From contig MU053444.1 of NCBI GenBank assembly GCA_013239625.1, positions 389,822-453,821 of the forward strand: a stretch of 64,000 nt of DNA, given 5' to 3'. Source of the stretch: Lama guanicoe. Taxonomy: Eukaryota. The position numbers were made by a program, and so were the translations under genes. Of the stretch, positions 54,925-64,000 are shown one piece after another (positions within the stretch are counted from its first letter, which is position 1; every line of letters starts with the position of its first letter). Below the pieces are notes generated by a model. It had not been told where the DNA came from. It saw nothing but the letters and a program-made list of their open reading frames with translations, and searched no databases.

Positions 54925-54983
54925 CTGGGATGTGATCATTTTCTGCTGGTCCTAGAAGAGAATGCAGAACTGTAAGGGTACAG
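54925..54983 (-). pseudogene. ZNF37A: Initiator exon of the ZNF37A-like gene (ATG at 54939-54937; encodes MITSQ)
   Basis: Minus strand: cctttcctctttctcag|CTGTACC...CAGCAGAAAATGATCACATCCCAG|gtgagt. Strong polypyrimidine acceptor and consensus donor. The 15 coding nt end in phase 0, as a KRAB-A exon requires. Alternative internal acceptors are possible. Confidence 0.85.
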
Positions 54984-56205
54984 CTGAGAAAGAGGAAAGG
55001 TCATGAGAGACGTCACCTGCCCAACAAGCTCCACACAGTAGCTGGCAAACACCTCAGAAAGGGAGACACCTTGAGAAGAGGCAGAAAGGGACACTCTGTG
55101 TCCATGCATGACTCTGTATGACTATGCAGTGCCAGGTCACATTAGTTTTCAAATGTAAAAAGATTTTTTCCTGCCAATTTATGAACAATGTATGCTGTAA
55201 CCCAGAAAAATGTAAACACATTAAACTAATTCAGCCAATTAGCAAAAACCAAGGAATGGAATATAATGCTTTCCTTAAAACTGATGCTGAATAAAAACAC
55301 TGAACAAAAATGTGTCATGTTCATCACAAAACAGAGAATCCCAACAAGATTTTGAAAAAAAAATGGATGGGGTGTTTTAAAGGGCTGGTCTCTTTTGGAA
55401 GGAAAAAAAAATCCTCTTAACAAGTTATAGTTTCAGGTTCTCAAAAGTATCTTTTGACAAAAACAAAAACAAGTAAACAAACAAAAATTTTGATTTTGAT
55501 TTATCTTTTGTCAAAGCATAAAAAACCTGCCTGAACTATCAAGAGACTCAATGCCTGCTCCTGATTCTGCCATAATAAAATATATGACTGTAACCACTTA
55601 ATATTTTAGACCCACTTCCTGCCCACACTATGCCAACACCATCTTTTAAGTAAAGCAGAAATAGTCCTGTCTGAAGTCCAAGTATGAAAGACCTGTCTTG
55701 CTGTACCATCTCTGATTCTCTTAATATAACTACAGAAGGGCATCAGCATATCTCTAGTTGTGGTGTAGTGGGGGAGCAGCATTGAGTCCAGAAAGAGTGC
55801 AGTGAAGAATGAAGGGATGAAGTAGGCAATTCCCTCCCCTGTGGCTGGTAAGCTCTTCCTTCAACACGATGCTTTCTTAACTCCCCAAGAAGCAGTACCT
55901 TTCTGTTCCTTTTGTCTTACCATCCTGTCCCAGCCACAGCTTACACCTCTTCTGAAAGTTGGCCCAAATCTTCCACCGTCAACCAGTCTGTGACAGTCTG
56001 GCTATGACAGTGGTTCTGGCAAGAGGACCCAAATTGCTTCTGGCTGAGCAGTAAGAGCCCCTTCCACTTGGGCTCTGGATTTGTACTGAAGAGTCAGGCC
56101 AGCTGGCTCTCCTACCAGGGATTCCTGCTCCTGGAACCCCCTTCTTAAATCACAAATGCTACTTTGTTACAAAAAAGCCGGACCCAAGCCAGCTGGAATA
56201 TTCAC

Positions 56206-56260
56206 CCAATAGCTCAAGCTGCAGGATCTTCCTGTCAGCTTGAGTTACAAGCAGGACCAC
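56206..56260 (-). other. Candidate 5'-UTR exon
   Basis: Acceptor tttgcttttacag|GTGGTCC at 56260 and donor ATTGG|gtgaat at 56206. Confidence 0.35.
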
Positions 56261-56279
56261 CTGTAAAAGCAAACTGGCG

Positions 56280-57100
56280 CTACTGAGAACACAGGCAACG
56301 CTGGGGCGGGGGCGGTCACAGGGACCTGGACGCGTCCGTTTATGTGCCAGGCTCACAAGTTCTTTAGAAACAAGAATTCCCCGAATCCAATGCCGCATTG
56401 ACTTCAAAATGATTTCCTAAAGGGGTTAGGGCCACGGAGCTGCTAACTGCTGCGACTGAATCATGCTCAGGTCTCATGCTGGGCAGAGGATGAGGTATGG
56501 AATCTCTCCTGCCTCCTGGCCCTTTGCCGGTCGCCACTTCGGATTCCTATCGCCTCTCTGAGCCTATTTCACTGTTAAAAAGGGCCGCGACACTGACCGC
56601 AGGTGGTTGGGAGGATGGAGCGAGATCCCGAGCAGAAAAGACGGTTCTCCGCTGAGATGAGAAGGGCGTGTCTACCGAGCGCCCGAAAGCCGGCATCCGC
56701 GCGCGGCCGCACAGGCGCCTCGGACCGCGCTTCACCCCGGAGATGAGGAAACTCCGCTTCACCCGGTAACGAGCGCTGGGACGCGCCGGGTCTCCTCAGG
56801 TGCGTGACAACGGAGCCGGATTCACACCGAGGTCAGAGGACAAAGCCGTTTCTCACTCACCCCTCTCGCGCGGAGGCCCTGCTCCACCCGCCCAACCCTC
56901 AGGCGCTCAACAGCCACTTCCCAACCGCCCCCCTCGCCCTCAGGCGGCAGAGTCTCGGGCGCCGTCTCCTCGCGACCAGGGACCTGGAACACACGGGCGA
57001 GTGGGGGGAGGGGAAGCGGGGGCGGCGCACATGCGCAGAAGGCCCGGAGCGACAGCCTCGTCCTGGGCTGGAAAGCGCGCGGTGCGTTTCCCTAAAGCCC
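56280..57100. promoter_or_regulatory. CpG island / promoter of the ZNF37A-like gene
   Basis: The densest CpG/GC-rich block in the window. GC boxes (GGGGCGGGGGCGG ~56302; GCGGGGGCGG ~57016), NRF1-like GCGCACATGCGCA (57026-57038). Lies 1.3-2.1 kb upstream of the initiator exon. Confidence 0.85.
56861..57000 (-). other. Candidate first (non-coding) exon
   Basis: Minus-strand consensus donor GAGAGGG|gtgagtgag at 56861/56860 inside the CpG island; TSS not determinable from sequence. Confidence 0.45.
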
Positions 57101-57329
57101 TCCAGCCAGCTCAGTTATAGAGGGGTCTGCGACTTCCAGCACACTGGGTAGAATTGCCAGGTTTAGCAAGTATTGCTCAAGCCGCGAGACATACTTTTAT
57201 TCGTTGTTCATCTGAAATAAATTACAAGCATTTAAACTACATATCTCTTTCAATTAGTTATATTTCCCGGAACTGTTGGTTCTGCTTAACAGCTCTTTGT
57301 GTTGCAGAATTCACTTATAGAATTTCTAC

Positions 57330-59635
57330 CAGAGATAGTCCATTGGCATTGTACAATTTACGTTGTCACATATCTTCTTCAGTGGTCACATCTCACTTCG
57401 TTCTTGGTCCGTTGGACATTCATTAATGAGAAAACACACAACTTTAGCATTATGAACAAGTATAATGGCATAAAGTTAACAACTCTGGGAACTGCTGTAC
57501 AAATTTATTTTCTGAAACACCTGATACATCATTCGTGGCTAAATTTGCCTTTTCCATTCTTCAGGATTATGTTGGATCTCTTGGTTAATGACTTCCTAAC
57601 ATGTCCACTGACAAAAAGAGAACTTTTAGGTCAACTATTTCTTTCCTTTTTAACACTACACATGATAATTCCACTTGTCTCTTTGTTAGAAGAGCAACTA
57701 GTAACATCCATGTAAAACAATCAAATTCTTCAAGAGATGAAACTCACTTCAAAATAGAGTCATGGCAGGTACAATAATGATTATCCACAGATAAGAATTT
57801 ATTTTCCTATTCATAACTAATGTTTTCCCTTTTAAGAACAGTCTGACAGGAAGATTTCACCAAGTTCCATTAAACAATGGTATAGTTAAATAACACTTTT
57901 TCCTCTTCTTTCTATTTCCATAGTTCTATTGCTAAAGAGATATTGAAAATGATAAATAAGAAATAAGCAAGTTGGCTTCATTCAATGGATTATTCAAAAG
58001 TAAACAAGAATTTGGGGCCTTTCCTTAAAAATTAAAATATTAGTTCCATGCTTTAAATTAACTGAGAGCTCTTCCAGCTGTGTTTGTTAAAGAGCGCCAA
58101 TGAGTTTCTGAATGCAAGAGAAATGAAAAATACTGAATTCCAACAAAAATCACAAAAATCTTTTAATCACCAATTCAAACAGTGTAAATCCTGAAGTCAG
58201 AAAACAACTTCATGACAATTACTTCAACATTAATGGAAAGGACAACATAAACTGTAATCGAGGAAAACAAATCTGACTCTATATTAGATCTGTTCCTTTA
58301 ATTTTAACGACTGTGCCCTGCTTTCTAGGCTCAGTCTTGCCAGCTCTGCACCTTTCGTGAAATAATGTTGCCTTTAGCCTGAAATAGACAGGAGAGCCTA
58401 TCTCAGGGCTCTGACCTTTAAGGATGTCAGCCCTTCTGCACTTAGATGGAGATGGCAAGTTGCAAAATAGAGAAAAAGCTTTCTTTTGTTGGAAGTTTAC
58501 AGGGACATCATGACCTGGCCCACATGGACAGCTGCAAGAACAAAGAGTGCCTGCAGCAAGAAGTTTGCAACAACCAACCACATGCCCTCAATTGTTTTTT
58601 TTTTTTTTTGTATAAAAGGAGCCTGTATTCTGACTAAAGCAGGATGGTTCTCTAAGACATTAGTCCGCTATCCTCTGCTGGCTTTCCTAAAAAGTCGCTA
58701 TTCCTTGCCCCAACATGTCATCTCCCAATTTATTGGCCTGTTGTTAGGTGAGCAGAGTGACTTTGGACTCAGCAACAAATCTATTTGAACAGTAAACATT
58801 ATGCAGAATATGGGTAGAACAGCCAACATCTGCCATAGAATCATACTTTATTTCAGCTTAGAATAAACATTTTGCACATTTATGCAAACATTCACCAAAA
58901 TCTGTGTTTGTTTTAACACCAGCAAGTGTCATGTAGAAGCATGAGGTAAATAATGTATTTTCTGCCTTGCAATTGCTTGCATCCAAGGCTGTGCTAAAAA
59001 CAAAAAAAGATGAAGCATTTAGAACATTGATAATCTCTGGAATTGTAAGTGAATCTATTGTTTGTGGAGTTTTTGCAGTGGACTTTATCCTGGCACTTGA
59101 CATTTTAATTGCAACTTTGGAATCAGAAAGTAATTCTGGCAGCAGTATGTTCAGTCATTTGAGCTGAAAGACTGATGAAGATATATAGTATGGAGGTTGT
59201 TCACAACTTCTGCTGCAACTATTGTATCTCAGTCTGAATTCCTATTAATCAAAAAATTATTTTACCACTTTTTATAGTACTAACAGGAAATAATCCATCT
59301 CTTGTGCTTAGCTGTTTGCATATGCTGGTTTATATCTGACTGACTACCATTTTTACAAACTGTACAAAAAGCTTCAGAGGGAATTTCTTCTTGTTTAAAC
59401 GTTCACTTAGAAAATTCATCACAAAGTTTATACTTGTTTGCATTTTGGCATTTAGGATTCAAATACACATGAAAACAGATAGTAGCAACAACTGCAACAA
59501 TTGAAATGATTGAATTCGATAATCCCATGCCACGTTAAAGTGTCTGTCACTCACAAGTCTGAACTCACAACTAACCACAAACAGGGGTTGAACCACTGAA
59601 AGCACTGTGAATTTGCAAACTAAAAATAAATTGAA
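57330..59635 (-). mobile_element. hAT (Blackjack-like) transposase relic, split by an LTR
   Basis: ORF 58858..59103 SARIKSTA...STALDASN resembles the hAT ARTK..A...S...DASN segment; heavily decayed, boundaries uncertain. Confidence 0.5.
58253..58777 (+). mobile_element. Solo LTR (ERV1-like)
   Basis: TGTAATCG...GCAACA termini, TATAAAA at ~58611, near-TSD AAAC/AATC. Confidence 0.7.
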
Positions 59636-61046
59636 GCAGTGTTGCCATTTAAGTGGCCGAGGCTGCTATCCTTAGAAGGCCTGCTATAAAGTTGGCCCTT
59701 AGCTAGTATCTTAGAACTTTAATTTTGAAAAGGTTTGGAAACCTGGATTTCTGAAAGTGTATTTCACTGCACCTAAACCTCTTTGTGCAAACAAAATTGT
59801 TTGCTCTCCTTCAAAGTGTTTGGAATTTTAGTATGTGCCAGGCAAAGGGTGCCTACATGACCAGACCCCATAAAAACCCTGGTCGCTGAGTCTCTAATGG
59901 CTTCTCTAGACAACATGCCACATGTGCTATCAATATTTGTTTCTGGAGGTATCACACACATTCTATATGACTCCCCTGGGAGAAGACCCTTGGAAGCTTA
60001 CGCCTAATTTCCTCTGGACATTAACCCATGATCCCTTTCACTTGCTGATTTTGCTCGAATCAATCTTAGTCATAAGTAAGTCCTGTGAAAACTTCTAGTG
60101 AATCACTCAACCCAAGGGTGATCTTGGGGACCCTGGACACAATTGACATCAAAAGTGGGAATAGGTAGAATGATACTGAGTCACTTAAATATGGTTAAAT
60201 CATTGTTTCATCAAAGAGAAACCACAGTTGGACAGTAAATACATGAAAAGAGATTGTAGTCAGGACTATTGCAATAGAGGAAAATAGGGGAAAAGGGATC
60301 TCAGTGTAGAACCAGACTCATATAGCATGGGCAAATAGACATGTATAGTCAAGGAGCAGAGTGGAGGTCAGTGGATGGAAAATTACTGAGGAAATATCCA
60401 TGTTAAGGGGAACTCTGGCAAAACCAACCTAATAGAAGTCTTTATAAAGACAGCCCAGGGTTAATAGACATCACCTGACAGATGGTGGAGGATGAGGAAC
60501 CAATCAGTTATCCAAAGTGATCTGTTATTTAGGGTGGGAAGTTCTGGTTACTGACTTAGCTGAGAAAGCTACACACACATTGGGGATCAGAAATTGGTGT
60601 ACCTGCCATTTGGTTTCCAATCCTCTGTGCATGACTTTAAAAGCTTACTCTGCTCATACAATTTTAGCCAACTCCAAACTAACAACAATGTTATTGTCCT
60701 GGGCTTTCCTTCGATTAGATGCCCAACCTTTTATCCATCTCAGTTTCTCCACAATGACTAAGTTAGAGATCCATTTAGGAATCCATTGTCTGGATCAGAA
60801 TTTGAAAAGGAATTGTTTGAGAAGAAAATTACATCTCTCATTTATACCATCTATCTGAGACCTAGAAGTGACATGGAATTTCTATTAAATGCCTTTTCCA
60901 AGAGCCCAGAATGTGTATTTTGAGAAGTACAATGTGTGACTTGGATTGTATTAGTAATGTCCATAACTTCAAAGGAAAAAAGGAATATCCTGACAAGGCC
61001 TTGTATATATAGAGACATACAATTTTGATTTATATTTTTTATTTAC

Positions 61047-61395
61047 ACAATCATTCCTCAGGATCCACAGGGATTGATTCCAGGGACTCTCATGGACACC
61101 AAAATTCTCAGATGCTCAAGTCCCTTATAGAAACTAGATTAGTATTTGCATATAACCTATACAACTTAAAATCACCTCTAGGTGACTATTAATACCTAAT
61201 ACAATGCAAACACCATGTAAGTAGTCAAAAATACAATGCAAATGTTACATAAATAGTTGTCAGCACAATGCAAATTCAAGTTTTGCTTTTTGGAAATTTC
61301 TTAAATTTTTTAAAATATTTTCAATTCATAATTGTTTGAATCTGTGGATGTGGAATCCATGGATGTGGATCCCAGGGACACGGAGGGCCTACCAT
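61047..61395 (+). mobile_element. MER2B-type MITE, uninterrupted
   Basis: GATGCTCAAGTCCCTTATA...AGTATTTGCATATAACCTA...CAAATTCAAGTTTTGCTTTTTGGAA. Confidence 0.8.
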
Positions 61396-61640
61396 ATTTA
61401 TATTTTGGGTAAGTGTGAGACAAGAGGTTCACAGAGCTCTTTATCCTGAAGGAGTCAACTCTTAGGCAGGCAATGTCCCAATAGTTCTAATAAATGTGGA
61501 GATGGGATAATTTTTTGGTAAGTGCATCCAGTGCTGAGTTGACTACCTGAAATTTGGTCAGTTTTGTAGACCTTTGTTTACCAGTTGTTGATTGGATAGA
61601 GCCAGTAATTTTAATATTATTGGATACTAAGTATAAGGGC

Positions 61641-62025
61641 AGTTATGGAATGAAAATTTGTGTCCCAGAAAATTCATATGTTGAAGACCTAACCCCAGTG
61701 TCGCTGTATTTGGAGTAGGAAGTAACTAAGACTAAATGAGGTCATAAAGTTGGGGTCCATATCCCATAGGACTATTGGCCTTATAAGAAGAGAGAGCAGA
61801 GAGCTCTCCTCTTTCTATGTCTGCACACCATAAAAAAAGGCATGAGAGGACATGGTGAGACAGTAGCTGTCTACAAGACATGAAGAGGGCCCTCACTAGA
61901 AACTGCACCCTACCAGACCTTGATCTTGTATTTCCAGCTTCCAGAACTGTGACAAAATAAATTTCTGCTGTTTAAAATAGTCAGCCTGTAGTGTTTTGTT
62001 AGGGCAGCCCAAGCAGATGAATTCA
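61641..62025 (+). mobile_element. MaLR solo LTR (MLT1A/MST-like)
   Basis: TTTGTGTCCC...AAATTCATATGTTGAAGACCTAACCCC...TTCCAGCTTCCAGAACTGTGACAAAATAAATTTCTG. Confidence 0.8.
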
Positions 62026-64000
62026 GGACCCTAATGGATGGGACTATAGGAGGAAGGTTGTAGTAACTGACCATGAGGTATTATTTTTTCCATGTCTAAG
62101 AACAGGCAAAATCAGAGTGTCAAACAGAAAAGTAGTGGGAATAATCATTTCTCTATTAATTAGGTTTGGTATAATAACTTTTGATACATGAATGCCCTAT
62201 TTTATCTTACTGGGCCACGTTAACTATTTTAACTAGAGGTCCATGGATTTCCATTTTATCAAGCCAGTTTGTAAGTGCCAAAGATTTACTAAAATTTTAA
62301 TGTTTTATTTATTGTTAGAGCATCTATTCCCAATATGGGATATTTGAAAACAATAGGTACTATGACTATGGAAAATTTAGGTGACACAACAGTTAAAGTG
62401 AGGTTTACCTATTTTCCCTATGTTTTATATTTAGTTTACGCTCCTAAGATTATAGATTGTACAATGTTTAAATTTAGTGGTATCCATAGGTATATTTGTG
62501 TCCCAGTATTAATGAAGTCCATGAAGTTTTGTCAGTTGGAACATTTTAGAAAATAATAAAGTTAATTTACAATCTGTGTTAGAGGCACAAAAACCAATCA
62601 AAATCCTTTTATCTTTTTTTTACAGAAAGCATTTTAGTTTATAGACTTCATATAGAAACTTAGGACATCCAATTGGGTCAAATTATGGACCATTCTTTTA
62701 ATATAATTCTGTGTTATATACACATATATAATTTATTTACTATATTAATATTAAAATATCATATGTATCATTTATTTCATTATCTTTGATTTTTCTCCCT
62801 TATCTAAGGTTTTTCCCTTTTTTTTAAAGCTTTTATTTGCTTGAAGATGTGCTTTTCAGTTTTTTTCTCTGCTGATAAGACAAATGGAAGGAGGGGGAGT
62901 GGCCAGGTGGCTCTAGGCAGCAGCTTTTACCTGATACAGCCCCTCTCTGCATTATAATCAGCTCCTTTCCCCCTAACCTTTTAACTCTTAAACAAACTCT
63001 TTTAGAATAGCTTGTATCTTTAAGTGGATTGTCCCCTGTCTGTCTCTGATCAGACCCCTTTGGGTATTTACCTGAAAATTCCTAGTGATCCTTGGTGGCT
63101 TTCACTGTGAGTGATGGCCTCCCTTGGTGGTCAACAGGATGTCTACTTGACCTCAGAATGTCTGGCATTTACATCCAAGAGCACAGGAATGGCATCAGCT
63201 TTAGATGTCAGGTTTTTTTTGTTTTGAGTCTAAGACCTTTTGTATACTTATTAGCAGCAGCACTTAAGATATCTCATGCACATTGATTAGGTATTTTAAC
63301 TTTTTTTATTAACTGGAACACATCCTTGGGAGTTTTGGGGGAGTCACAACCAGATATTCCTTTCCTTTTGTCTTTTTCATTAAACATTGGGTCATTGATA
63401 TCCAGGGAGGGCTCTGGGGATGGGCTCTATTATATCTTATATCCTTGGGTCTGGGATCAAACTGTGACAGCAGCAAGGCAGACAACAGAAGAGGTCTTTG
63501 CATCAACATAACATTTGTGGGGAGCCATGGTCTCCATGGGATGCATGCCCACAAACTGAGAGCCAGTAGGTCCTTTCAGTGTGAAGATGCCTACTCAGGC
63601 AGTCTTCTGCTACCTAATAAACCAGGCTAGTACATCTTTTACATACAAGTAATATAAGGAAGACTATTGGAGCAGCCCTTATCAACACTGTACCTGAAGG
63701 ACAACAGATAGGGCTCACTCATCAGGTGAAGGCAAGGGAGTAACTGTTCCTGTCCCTTTAGGTGACCTTTGCTCAGTACAATGGCCAGTTATCCTAAATT
63801 TCCCTGGAGACCTCATTCAGATTAGGTACATCACAAACACATAGGGACCAACTGGGGACCTCTGTGCTCAGACTATAGCATCCCAAGCTAAGAAGTGTGG
63901 ATTCAGCTTTTTGAGCTCTGACAATTGAATTGGATAAGCTGAGAAACCCAACAGACACAATACAATGTGGTGGCTGCTAAATCACAAGTGTGCCAACAAC

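Larger units (their letters stand above)
17952..57000 (-). pseudogene. ZNF37A: ZNF37A-like KRAB zinc-finger gene, disabled (two nonsense codons in KRAB-A, duplicated KRAB exons, no ZF exon in window)
   Basis: Spliced minus-strand exons give MITSQ|[72 protein letters not shown], closely matching the N-terminus I recall for human ZNF37A ([67 protein letters not shown]). Canonical AG/GT boundaries and canonical 127/96-bp exon sizes. 5' end approximate. Confidence 0.85.
59640..64000 (+). mobile_element. ERVL/MER21-like LTR (59640-60141) followed by decayed internal sequence with nested repeats
   Basis: LTR end GTGAATCACTCAACCCAAGGGTGATCTTGGGGACCCTGGACACA followed by ATTGACATCAAAAGTGGGA (resembles an ERVL PBS region); extent of the internal part uncertain. 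Confidence 0.5.

Noticed and set aside
56547..57151. Arg/Pro-rich ORFs in the CpG island
   Set aside because: Expected in stop-poor GC-rich DNA; no domain and non-ATG starts.
1..64000. CRISPR arrays, rRNA or operon-like systems
   Set aside because: The sequence is mammalian; I saw no repeat-spacer arrays, rRNA or dense coding regions.

Overview
Repeat-dense mammalian genomic DNA, probably camelid (a Vic-1-like tRNA-derived SINE lies at ~12.9 kb), with three assembly gaps (1202-1221, 26819-27335, 50387-50750). The only recognisable host gene is a disabled minus-strand ZNF37A-like KRAB zinc-finger gene. It has a CpG-island promoter at ~56.3-57.1 kb, an initiator exon encoding MITSQ (54925-54983) and a ~34.5 kb L1-filled intron. 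Its KRAB-A (127 bp) and KRAB-B (96 bp) exons occur twice because of a near-identical ~1.93 kb tandem duplication (16587-20440). Both KRAB-A copies carry the same two in-frame TAG stops, and I found no C2H2 zinc-finger exon in the ~18 kb downstream. The rest is layered LINE-1 (near full-length, internally deleted, inverted and nested copies), L2, MIR, MER2/Tigger/hAT DNA-transposon relics, solo LTRs and an ERVL-type LTR with internal remnant. I found no intact protein-coding gene and no evidence of a new biological system. The notable signals are the decayed, duplicated KRAB cassette and several informative retrotransposition footprints. Repeat-family and gene names come from recalled consensus sequences, not database searches, and repeat boundaries are approximate.
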